From NCBI RefSeq assembly GCF_001194135.2, contig NC_068982.1, forward strand, positions 26,247,214-26,311,213: a stretch of DNA of 64,000 nt, in the 5' to 3' direction. How positions within the stretch are numbered: position 1 is the first letter of the stretch; each line of letters begins with the position of its first letter. The stretch comes from Octopus bimaculoides (taxonomy: Eukaryota). The translations under genes and the position numbers were made by a program. Shown here in pieces: positions 52,451 to 64,000 of this stretch. The notes below the pieces were generated by a model. It did no database searches. It had not been told where the DNA came from and saw nothing but the letters and a program-made list of their open reading frames with translations.

Positions 52451-54155
52451 CAAAGCTTGTTAAACTCATGAATGACGTTCTGTATATTGTAGGAATAATT
52501 AGCCTCTATACGCAGTACGAATATTTTGAAATTGACTAGTGTCTCATCAGTTACTTTAATGACATAGGTATATAGCACCGAAAGTAAAGGGGAGTTGGTG
52601 GAAATTTGGTCAAACGACCGCATTGAAGGTCCCTTATGGAAATGTGAATTAAACAATTTGTAATATAAGTCGCGTTTCACTTTTGTTTAAATTTCACAAT
52701 GGCAATATAAATGACAATCGCCGACTCCAAACATCTATGCAGCTTTGTTGCTAGGCTAAACGAAATACAAATCAATTTATCTCACGGTTTTGTTTTTTAA
52801 TACAGCTGTCCCAAGAAGAATGTCGTGTGATAAAAACAACGGATCAAACTATTTCGTTGATCAGGAATGAATAAAAGATCATGGGAACTTCAGTAATGAT
52901 GAGAACGAATTCAATATGAACGAAACTACTGAGAACAACTCGCTATTTTATCTCTTTACAAACTCGAACGCTTATCTCAAATTTATAGAAGATAAATAAG
53001 ATTATGTGACGTTCATAATTTGAGGATTTTCAAAGGAATTAGCAACGTAAGTTTTGTAAAAAAAGATTTCTACCATGATTGGAAAGACGATAACAGCCTT
53101 TTATATTTAACTCTAGAGCGCTCGCCACAGCAATAACGATAATAATAATACTTCAGGAGAGTAATAACGAGTAAGAGATAAAGTATTTGAAACCATTATT
53201 CTTTTTCGTAACACACAAGGTTGGATATCAATGATGACGTCTACAGCATTAACATCAACATCGGAAACAACACCACCACCATCAACGACAAGGAACACAA
53301 CAACAAAAACAATAACAAGAAAAAGAAACAATAGCAATTACAACAACAACAATGACGGCATCAACTATATCACGATTGCATTAACTGCACGCACACTTTT
53401 TCCCTAGATCAAATCAAAAAGCCATTCTAAGGTTTCAAAACTGGAATGTTCAGTGGATTCATTTTGCGATACCAGTCCAAAAGATATAGCTTATAGCATT
53501 TCTACATATTCCTCTTCTCAATCCACCAACCAGCCAGTCAACCAGCCAACCAACCAACAAACCAACCAGTCATCCTTTACTTTTCTCAACAATCATACTA
53601 ACGCATACACACAAACACATTAATAATTTAAGAGCTAATCAGTTCCGTAGGTAGTTAATAGTTAATTTACAGGCACAAAAATAAAATACGACATTCACAG
53701 AAATTACATTATATAACTGCAGCTAAGCTATTCTGTAGAGCAATACTCCCACTGTTTGCATCTTTATTCAGTTACATTCTCATTTTATTTTAGACTAAAA
53801 TCAAAAAGTAATTGTATTTTATAAAGTTATGGCGATGGGCCGAACATTCATGAAAACATAAAACTTCTCGGCTATTATTTTACCTCGTAAAATATTGCTT
53901 TCAGTCGTTATGGCATATCACGCTAAAACGACTTAAAGTGAGGTAGGCACAGGAATCAAGAAAGAAAAGCCAACAATGTAAGGGGAGAGGGAAGGGGTAG
54001 AGGGAAGGGGGACAGCAGAAAGAAAGAAATGGGAAACAGAAAAAGGAGGAGGTTGAGGAAAATATGCGACCAGTCGAAAACTGGATATACATATACATAC
54101 ATACACATAAATACACACATACATACATATATATATATATATATATGTATCTATG

Positions 54156-54213
<58 letters not shown>

Positions 54214-54654
54214 TGTGTGTGTGTGTGTGTATGTTTCTGTCGATTAGATGTATAGATATATAGGTAACTAGATGGGTAGATTAACTAGGAAAGGAAACAG
54301 AAAAGGTGTAAATATTTAAAGACATTAAACATATCATATCTGAGTATATTTGTGCGTCCCTGCATAAACATGTGTGCGTATGTATGTATGTGTGTGTGTT
54401 AAAGTTTGTAAACTAAAAAGTGGATGTAAGGATTCAATATACGGTGTAGAATCTATTCTTATATTAATTCATTTAAAATGGTATTGATGACCACAATCTC
54501 ATTCAAAACCCCGTATATAATTATGCGCGTGCACACACAGACATGTGCACGTGCATACAAACATACATACATACATACGTACATACATACATACATACAT
54601 ACATGCATATACATACATACATACATACATGTATACACGCACACATATATATGC

Positions 54655-55076
54655 TCCCCAGCGTTATGGTTTCGGGTTCTGTCCTCATCGACAATTGTCT
54701 TGAACTAAAGCCGCAGACCGACCAAGAACCATGTGAGTGAATTTGGTAGAAAGAAAATGAAAGAAGCTAGTCATGTATACATGTGTTTGTGTGTGTGTGC
54801 GTGTGTATGTGTGTGTGTGTGTGTGTAGGTGTGTGGTGAACGAGAAAGTGTGCGTGTGTATGCATGTGTGCGTGTATAGATGTGTGGTGAACGAGAGAGA
54901 ATGTATGTTTGTGTTTAGCTCCACCTCCGCTTGGCTCATGTTGTCGGTTTGTTTACGTTTCCGTAATTTATCGGTCCATCAAAAGGGACAGAATTAGTAG
55001 CAGGTTTTAAAAAATCAAGTTCTGGAGTCGATTTGCTTCGGATAGTAGCATTCCAATTACCAAGACAAATAAAAGT
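54655..55076 (+). mobile_element. SINE family 2, diverged
   Basis: ggtttcgggttctgtcc, gaccgaccaagaaccatgtgagtgaatttggtag and tctggagtcgatttgcttcg are colinear with the 43302 copy. Confidence 0.75.
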
Positions 55077-56449
55077 TAGAAGAAAGTTATTGCTGCTTTT
55101 TCAGAATAACATCTCAGAATTATCAGAACAAGAACTCAGAATTTCGTAAAATATTCCATGAAACGGTTCCAATGTTAGTTGTGTGGCAAATGAAATAGTG
55201 AAACGGTCCAAACAGTTAATAGTGACAAACGTTGTTGTATGAATAAAAACATAACTTTTCAGAAAATAATACCCATGTATTTTATTCTAATTTTATCACT
55301 AAATCGCATTTCTTGAACATATCCTCTCTACAATGGAGAGAATATATATGTATCTATGTGCATATATCCGTGTGTGGGGGGGGGGGGGCATGTGCTTGTA
55401 AATATATGTCTATACACATATATGAATATGAATACACACATATACATATAGGCCTGTAAAAAGACTTCATAAACTATTACTTAGTTTGCCACAACTGATC
55501 ATCAGACAGTTGAGTTAAGTTTTGAGAAATACGATGATTTCTAAATGTTTAGTGCTTGGAGCAAAATTGGTAATTGGGGCAAAATGATTAAATTCTGATT
55601 AAATTCCCGACCTGTTTAAAACCATTACATTGCAAGTACTACATCATCAGGTACATTTTTTCAAGAAATTCTTCCTCAACTTTGGCCCGACTATAATTGA
55701 GAGTGCTAATGAAATATCTGGATAATTTTTGATGTTTAACAAGAAATATTCCTTTCTCTGTTGGATTCCTAGTCAATTTTTATCACTTTAATGTCGAATA
55801 TAATTTTCTCCTTCCAGAAATGTCTAAAATCGCAAAATGGGTAATGACAAATTTCAAAAATTTCTTCTCTTTAAATGCATGGCGCAGAAATATATCGGGG
55901 AGGAAGTCACTCTAGTAAATTGTGTAGGAGTTATAAGGAATATTCTATGTGGAGCTTTAGGACATGATCGAGTCTCGTTAATTTCATATCGTGTGCCAAT
56001 TTTCCATAATCCTCTTTCAATTTGGCCTCGATATTTAAAATTTTTGTTGTATTTCTGGTCTGTCTGAAGTCTATTGGTGTGTATGAGTCTTTTCCTAAAT
56101 GTAATACTGGAAAATTGAAAAAAGGAATTTACCGTATCTTGTCTAAGTCATTTTTCCCAGTTAAATTTTTCTTCTATATGCTCAAAGAGAACGGAGATAA
56201 TTTTCTGAAATAGTGTTCAGATTATGCTATAGCGTTTTAATACATTTAGGTGATATAGTTTTTGTAAATAGACAATATTTGCAAAGAATAATTTTTTTTC
56301 TACAATTCAAAAATGAAGCAAACCTTACTTATTGTATCCCATACTGTATAAAAGGTGCAGTGATAATTACTTAATAAATCAACAAATAAAAGTTTAATGC
56401 TGATTGGACAGGGGCTTATGTCATTTTAAATTAACATGAATCTTTTAGA

Positions 56450-58050
56450 TAAAAACGATTGATCCGTGACGAAAGAATATATGCAAGATAGTGGGCCACG
56501 ATGAAGTCAGGTCAGCTATGGCTTTCACTATGCTTAAGGGAACATTAGCAAGTTGAAGGCTTCTAGCATCCATGAGTGGAGACAGTTAAAGGCTTTCTTG
56601 TATTCTAGCCACATTAAGTCTATGCTCCCGCACCTCTGACATTACAGTTTTGTTTATTTGCTTATTAACAATTGCTTGGCACATCCCCAGACTCCCTTCT
56701 TCCCAGCTGCTTGTTCTGCTGTGATGATGTTATTGGTTTCACAGTGATCTTGGAGGAAGAAGATTAAATATGCTGTATATATTTTATACATTAAGTTGTG
56801 GCATGCAATTGGCAGGTAGATTTTTTGCCATGTGGGTGGTTCTCATTTGCATTTGGGGATCAGTTTTGTCTCTTCAAGAGCTAACCAGTGTGGTATGCTA
56901 GTGTTCCAATGAGAGCTTGTTGGTGCAGGTTGATAAGATATGGTTGGCAGAAGGTTAGCCTCTTGTACCAATATCCAACAAGCAAGTCTCTCCTAGGTGC
57001 TTTTTCCATCCTGAAGTTCTGGATCACAATTACAAGGAAGTCACCTTCAATGCTATATGTCTTGGGCGTAATGCAGGTACAATAACTTCTTCGAATTTCT
57101 TCTAGTTACAGAGCATTTTGGTTAAAATCCTTCGCTTCATTCTAGATTTCTCTCCAGAAGAAATCTATGTCTTCTCGTGAAGGATCTTCTGTGACGTTCA
57201 CTACTTGTCCTCTCATGTCTCTCTATACTGCTGTCTGGTTCCGGCCAATTTTTTTGTTTATTCTCTTTCTTTCAGTTATTTTCTTCTGATGTCGGAGTTT
57301 CTCGCTGACAGCTGTTAGCTCTTGCTTGAGGATTATCAGTTTGCAAGGGAGTGTTCTCTTTTTACTATCCCTAAACTTCACTTTTCATCTCCTTCACTTT
57401 TTGTTGATGTAATGTATAGTGATTGTTTGCACGCAATAAGCATCACCACATGACTAATGATATTCCGTAAGTCAGCTATTTTTTTCTCTGTCTTGAAAAC
57501 CAACGATACTACTTTCTTTACTCCTCGGCTTTGTTCACGTTGTGAATGTCGTTCATGTACTGCTTTGCATGTATGCATGTGTGTATGTTTGTATGTATGT
57601 ATGTATGGGAATGTCTGCGTTTGCGCGGGTGGTGTGTGTATACGTACATATATGCATACGTGAAAACTCTTCTACTCTTGAACAGCGTTTCATTTTATGG
57701 ATGAACTTTTATCTTGTGCTTTTCATATCTTTAACGTTTTGTATACTATAAACAGCAGGATTTTGGCTGTATTTTTTAATAACAACTTTCTTTTCAGTGA
57801 AATCTGGAAGTTCTGCGTCTAGTTTCGACAATATGTTTTTGCAAACACTTCATATGAAGCTGTTAGAGTTTGAAGCTTTACACTTTTCAGGCTCGTTGTA
57901 TTGTTCATATTTTGTAAAAGCTTTGCTATTTCTGGGGTTGTTATTTTTAATTCCTGCCGTAATTGTTCTGCTGTTGCACTTATTTTTAACATTGCCTCAT
58001 GGCTAATCATCCATGCCATTCTTGCCGTTGGCACTGCATATATTTTTTTC
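56450..58050 (-). mobile_element. Third Dong/R4-like LINE remnant (pre-RT and first RT domains)
   Basis: EKKIADLRNIISHV; QTAVYRDMRG...DPSREDIDFFWREI; PIACHNLMYKIYT...NNIITAEQAAGKKGVWGCAKQLLI; WLEYKKAF. Parallels elements A and B. Confidence 0.8.
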
Positions 58051-58889
58051 TATTGACCAGGTTCTTGGTAACATCATTTGAGGATGGAAGCGTACTGTGT
58101 GTTTTGTTGAAATGAATGTTATCTTGAAGAAGCTTTGACAGACTCTTTGTGCTGTAACGCGTGTCTCTAGTTTCAGGCACTCTTTGCTTTCCCTTAATTG
58201 GTGTTTTTTTGCTTATGTAAGATTTTTCTCTTTTCTCTCTTTCTTATTTGCTTTTTTTTTGTTGGGAATTTGAGTGATTTTGTCTTTTATGTTGTATTTA
58301 TGTTGTATTATTTTGTGATGTCTATGACTACAGCATAGATAATTCTATTTATCCTGGTGATAGAGATATTATCAGTAAGTCTACGGTGGCGAATTTGGCG
58401 TTTTCCTTCATTGTTGTTGCTATTGTCATTAAGCTCTATATTTGGAAAGGTCTTTCCTGGCTCTATATGAACATACAAAGTTTTCTTTTTATTTAACTAC
58501 GTCTTTAATTCTCCGAAATGCCATACTTATAAATTCTAACTTCAGGAACGTCCATTTATAGACCATTCACCTATTCTAGTATTTTAATGTTTTTATTTTC
58601 GTTGCTTGCATATTCTTGCTTGTTTGTATTTTAGTACTTGCATTTGCAATATGTGATATTTTTTTGGCGTTCCATATTTGATATATATTTTGTGAAGTGA
58701 ATCAAAACTAGTTGTGACGCATCAATACCATTCAGTTATCTCAGAAAGTAACTTTTAAATCGAAATTATTGTTTATTTACATTTTATACATACGTGACAG
58801 TTTAAGTCTTGAGGTTCCTTTCTTGCTATTGCCGTTTCTTTCTTCTTGTACTTTTTTGCAACTGCTGATACCACCGTTTCACTGAATGT

Positions 58890-59330
58890 AAGTCTCCTTA
58901 TGTCATTTGTATTTCGTTCTTCCTTTGGCCTCAACAACTTAGATAAGGGGCATACAGGAACTGTGCCCAAATGAAGGCACTGAGACAAAGAGCATGTGAT
59001 TAATGGTACAGAACAAAAAGTTTAGTGCGTAAATATCATCCCAGGGTCGAATGTTTGGAAGAAACGGAAAAAATAAGTGAAGGAATGAAGACAATAAACA
59101 TCTACTGACATAGTAAAAAGAATAACTACTAGAGTTTTCAAAACACAATCGACCAACCTTTGGGATGGCAAGAGAAATCACTTTATGCTTAATATTACAT
59201 ATAGATGAACAAGCACGTCTTCTAACTGTACAAACCAGTACAACTCCATCATTGTGCAACAAGGAAGAAATGTTAGTTGTAGGTGCAACTTTACAAACTG
59301 TCGCTGAAAATACGGAAGGAAAAATGAGAA
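58890..59330 (+). pseudogene. Possible piggyBac (PGBD2/3-like) transposase remnant
   Basis: MSFVFRSSFGLNNLDKGHTGTVPK* and WDGKRNHFML resemble recalled PGBD3 segments (FVF..LDKL..GH..TGTVRK; YDGINHVI). A large internal deletion would be required. Confidence 0.3.
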
Positions 59331-59926
59331 AAAAATCTGTAATACATACACATAAAACCACACAAACCAGTAAGGAGAGAGTTCCCCAAAACAACAAGAG
59401 CGCAGTTCAAGAAAATAGCAAAGAAAATGCAGAGGACAAGGAAGTAAAATTTACAACCTATCAAAATCAAATAAAACTTCATTGACAAAATTATGTGTTT
59501 CCGAAGACTTTATAGTGGCGCAAGAGTTTTCAGTTTCAGAATATAAAGTACATGGGAAAAAAATGAGTAGAGTACAATAAAATTAAATCATTACAAAAAA
59601 GTTAAATGAGCATAATCCGGAAACGTTGGAGTTTTTCAAAACTAAATGCCACAAAAAATGCATTCTTGTGCATTTGATTGCACTTGTACACAATTTCAGA
59701 ATGAGTTAATGTAAAGTTGGGGAAGTGCTGAAAACCACCAGAGCCAGGAATCTTTCATGATATATTTTCACAAGAAACGTAAAATAAATATCATTGAGTT
59801 ACACCCCCGAAAAGTAGGTGTAATTGAACAGAAATGTTACCATCGCATTCCAGACAACGTCAGCAAACTAGTTAACACAAAATAATTGACTGACCAGGCG
59901 TTAACCAGTCGAGATAATTGGTTTAA

Positions 59927-60153
59927 CCCTTAAAGCATCCAGAACTCCATAGTATATCTGTTTCAGTTATGATATCTTTTGGTACTTTTTATATTTATTT
60001 CCGTGAAAAAATATGTACTTTTAAAATTTTAATACACCCAATTATATTCTGAAATGTCTCTCACCCCTACATTTAATATATGCAAACTTATTATTATTAT
60101 TATCGTAGTCGCTATACTGTAAACTCACGGAAACTTGGATGAAGTTTTAAGAG
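59927..60153. mobile_element. piggyBac-type MITE
   Basis: TTAA|cccttaaagcatccaga ... ttggatgaagttttaagag|TTAA, with TTAA at 59923-26 and 60154-57; the CCCTT terminus is typical of piggyBac. Confidence 0.55.
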
Positions 60154-60436
60154 TTAAATCAATTATTTCGGCTGGTTAACGCCTGATCAGTCAATTATTT
60201 TGTGATAACTATTTTACTGACTTTGTCTGGAATGCGATGGTAACAACTGCCTTTTCGTGGGTGTAACTCAGTGATATTTATTTTGCGTTTCTTGTGAAAA
60301 CAAAGATTTCGTTTTGTTTTTTACCAATTTTTCAAAATGATAATTATCAAATGAGAACAGCGTTCTGTAGACTCTCAATGTAGCCATAACAACGGAACAT
60401 TACGTGACAAGCAGGCAAGCTGGAGCATAAATGAAG

Positions 60437-60800
60437 TTAGTCAATCACAGTAGTGGAATTTTGTCTTGTTGCTAGGATGACAGCAACACCTACAGAAATA
60501 CAAGCAGTAGCAACGGCAGTGACAACAGCAACAATAACAATAACAACAGTGACAACAACGTGTACAACAACAACAGTAGCAGGAGCAGCATGATTGACAA
60601 TAAAAGCAACATCGTCAGCAGCAACTACAGCAACAAAAGGAACAACAGCAAGAACGTGAACAACAATAACAACAACAACAACAAAGACAACAACAGCACC
60701 AAGAGAGTGAACGAAAGCAAGAATGTAGTTATTAACGGCAATATAGAGCACAGGAGTAATAACAACTGAAACTGTATGGAAAACAACAACAGTAATATCA
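60437..60800. repeat. Degenerate (AAC/AGC)n low-complexity tract
   Basis: Directly visible; a similar tract lies at 53120-53360. Confidence 0.85.
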
Positions 60801-60804
60801 ACAA

Positions 60805-61203
60805 GGCGTCGAGCTGGTGGAAACGTTACCGTGCCGGGCGAAATGCTTAGCGGTATTACGTCTGCTGCTACGTTCTGAGTTCAAATTCCGCCGAGGTCGA
60901 CTTTGCCTTTCATCCTTTCTGGGTCGATAAATTAAGTACCAGTTACGTACTGGGGTCGATATAATCGACTTAATCCGTTTGTCTGTCCTTGTTTGTCCCC
61001 TCTCTGTGCAGCCCCTTGTGGGCAGTAAAGAAATAGGTATTTCGTCTTTCTTTACGTTCCGAGTTCAAATTCCGCCGAGGTCAACTTTGCCTTTCATCCT
61101 TTCGGGGTCGATTAGATAAGTACCAGTTAAGCACGGGGGTCGATATCTTTTTGTCTGTCCTTGTTTGTTCCCTCTATGTTTAGCCCCCTGTGGGCAATAA
61201 AAG
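60805..61203 (+). mobile_element. tRNA-derived SINE family 1 with tandem duplication of its 3' two-thirds
   Basis: Head gagctggtggaaacgtta..., B-box gagttcaaattcc; the body ggtatt..gagttcaaattccgccgaggtc..gcccc..gtgggca occurs twice (to ~61035, then 61036-61203). Confidence 0.92.
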
Positions 61204-61249
61204 GATTAATATCAACAACATTAATAACAACATAAAATCTATTGTAGTG

Positions 61250-64000
61250 AACTAGCGGACAGTGCGTTCGGTGCAATATCTAAAAGACAAGGCCTTCCAG
61301 TACAATAATTGTGTTGTAAAACCAGATGTTATGTCGCTTAATAATGAGGAAGAAAAACTAACTCTGAAAGAAAAATCATTGTGTATAAATGCACTTCCCG
61401 CAAGATGAAACTTAGAGTTTCTACTCCGGCAGAAACTGAAATATGCCTCCAAGATGTGTGGCACTCACTGCTATACATTTATGAAGGAAAGCAGTACGAG
61501 ACAGTTGCTGCTATATGCATCAACGAGCAACAAAGCCACAAGAATGGCAAAAATTACTTGCACGTCCTAGATCTTTATAATGATAGCCCATTGTATGGGT
61601 AAAAGTTTGACTCGAATTCGAGTCAAGAACGTGCCAGTTAATCAAGACTTGGCAAAATTCTTAACCATTTTGCAGGAGTATGTGGTGGATTGTGGTGGTG
61701 AGGTCTACCTCACAACTTAACAAGACTGGAATTCTTGTAGAATTCCAAATACTGATTAAATACTGATTACTCTAGAAGAAAACAATCGCATTCTTAATGT
61801 TTTCTAGTTGGGGAAATGCAAACGGAGTCATTAAAACATGAATGCTTCCTGTCTGGGAATTCAAGCCCCACTCAAAGCCTTTTGCCTCATGCTGGAGAAA
61901 ACACGATGTTCTCCACCGTTACTATGAACTCCACAGAAAATCATCCCTTCCTCAAACATTAGGCGAGAACACTAGAACTAGCATATATCTGCCTTTTACC
62001 TCCGATGCAAGCGTCACAAATGCAAGAGCCTCGACAGATGAAAGATGATGGTCTGTTGAATTGACACAAAAAAGCATTTGTCGGAATAAGAGGAAGACTC
62101 AAATAAATAGAGGCTGGCCCATATCAAATCGGAAGTGATAAGACATGATGGTAATAGAGAAAATCTCATCAAACATCAAAAATATCAACATTTACATCAC
62201 AATGAAATAAAAAGATGTTATAAACACTTTCACTGTCATAAACGAATGAAAAATAACGAAAAGAAAAAGAAACACTCGAACAACAAAATGACAACACTCA
62301 CATCACACTCGTGTATTTACTTCCTTTATCAACTTCATTGTTGTTTAGAAGAGCATCAGTGAATTGATTAAGTAATTAACAACGAAAACATTCATTGTAA
62401 GAAGTGGGGATGGCTTTGCTGAACTTCTCTCGAAAAATATTCAGACAGAAGGCAAATACAAACTGGTAGGATTATGTACCTGAACTTAAAAGAGAAATTC
62501 TCCCAGAACATCGAAGGGTTTAGTTAGTATCCTCCAAAAACGCTTATTAGGGAAACCTTTCCCCACTTTCCCCTAAGGCAAAAGGAAAGCTGTTTGAGCA
62601 ATCATCCACGAAAATTAAAGTAAATAACTTCATTTTCTTTTCTGTAACCTAAAGAGGTGCACTTAGAGTAGACGGCGTAAAATTTCGGGATCTGGGTTTG
62701 GTTTCTAAGCAGAGTCACTTGCTCAACGATCCCAGGCTATTCGACGTAGGCGTGGTGGCCATTATCGAGGCAGGGATTCCCGGAGCGCATGCGCTGGCGC
62801 CCATTTTTGATGGCTTTGAAATATTCTCATCTCATGGTCTGGTGGGAGCGGGCGGCGAGGTAACAGTTCAATTTCGAAAACCCTTAGGTCTCGAAGCTAG
62901 GACAATCTTCTTGGACCCAGTAGGCAGGTTGATGGTACCAGACGCGTAGTTTGTGCACAGCAGGAGTTGTTAGGTCATCAGATAAGGACAGCGTAGTTTG
63001 TCTACAATTCAAATCGGTCGGCTACAGAGATCACAAACTTGTGATCTATGCAGTCGATTTAGATATGACGCGTAGACAGGGAAGACGCACGCGTCTTTTC
63101 TGGCAAACAAAAATTACAGGGATCGGGTTACCGAACTAGTTCAGCAACAGTTGACGGAGGCAATAGTCAACAACCAGTGGTGGATCACCCTGAAAAGATC
63201 GATTAGAGAAAAGTTGGTAGCATTTAACAAAGAGCTAGCAACAAAAAGAAATAGATTAGAGGGATAACTAGTTAGAAAACCAGAAAGGGCGATTAGGAAA
63301 TGCATCGCAACTGACATGCTAACAGTGAGAATGGCCCTTAACCATTTCTTCGGGGTGAAACATAAAGGCTGCAGGGCACGAAGGAACTGAAGTCGTTTGA
63401 TGGGCCCGAACGGTGGAGTCACACCATAGCAACAAAACCGCGATGAGATCTCTGACGGATGGGGATGGGAACATGCTCCTCGGTTCAAAGCAGATGTTTG
63501 CAGTTTTCTTGCAGTACTTTCCGCAGTTATTTGGGGAGGACAACGGGTCGACGACAGTAGTGGACTTTAGTTCATACCTGGACAGCTTGCCGCGGTTGTC
63601 GGCAGCGGAGCGGGATTCTGCGTAAATCCGATAACAGTTGCTGAAATACAGGAGGCAATGAGTGATTGCGCAAGTCGCAAGTCGCAAGTCGCAAATCGCC
63701 CGATTTGGTTTGCTTTTGACTTCTACGAGTTTATGCCAAATTTGTTTGGCGGCCTCTTGGTAGACGTCTACCGTAGCTGGAAACAAAACAGGAGAATTCC
63801 TAGTGCTGTTAGCCTGGGTGTGGTAACGCTACTAAGGTAAAACGTCGACAATGGGGGCGTTCTAGGGAATTTTCGCCACGCAACTCTGTTAAACACATTT
63901 TAAGTCTTTGGCCAATTGTAAGTGAAAAGTTTGGTGCTTGTCGTCAGTAATCTGGTCAGGAAAACGCACAAACGCGCAATACCCAAACACTGCTAGCCTC
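61250..64000 (+). mobile_element. Tx1/L1-clade LINE remnant (ORF1-like region, AP endonuclease, RT start), running off the window
   Basis: APE: KQSHLLNDPRLFDVGVVAIIE...GGEVTVQFRK...IFLDPVGRLMV. Linker: RSLTDGDG. RT start: IPSAVSLGVVTLLR...NFRHATLLN. ORF1-like: TEICLQDVWHSLLYIYEGK and GKSLTRIRVKNVP (weaker). Many stops. Confidence 0.8.

Noticed and set aside
59165-59485. 106-aa ORF as a host gene
   Set aside because: No recognisable domain; it overlaps a probable transposase remnant in other frames.
61607-61626. Perfect 20-bp palindrome ttgactcgaattcgagtcaa
   Set aside because: It lies inside a LINE ORF1-like remnant, and one such palindrome in 64 kb is not far from chance.

Overview
Eukaryotic, AT-rich, repeat-dense DNA from a gapped short-read assembly (nine N-gaps, most flanked by (TA)n or (CA)n). 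From memory, the SINE families, LINE remnants and microsatellite load match a coleoid cephalopod, most likely Octopus; this was not checked by search. I find no intact protein-coding gene, tRNA, rRNA or CRISPR array, and most ORFs in the track are microsatellite or N-gap artefacts. The window reads as intergenic or deep-intronic. Supported content: a full-length but inactivated ~1.27 kb mariner; several decayed Dong/R4-like RLE LINEs associated with (TAA)n tracts; two Tx1/L1-like LINE remnants; CR1, RTE and Tc1 fragments; three tRNA-derived SINE families; and hAT-, piggyBac- and Helentron-like non-autonomous elements. Most worth following up: Penelope-like remnants with degenerate hammerhead-ribozyme motifs, several long fold-back elements (one a palindrome split at its central TTAA by a piggyBac-like insert), a pre-miRNA-sized hairpin, and a 4.5 kb microsatellite-poor stretch with decayed coding-like frames that I could not identify. 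I found no well-supported novel biological system; all findings are candidates.
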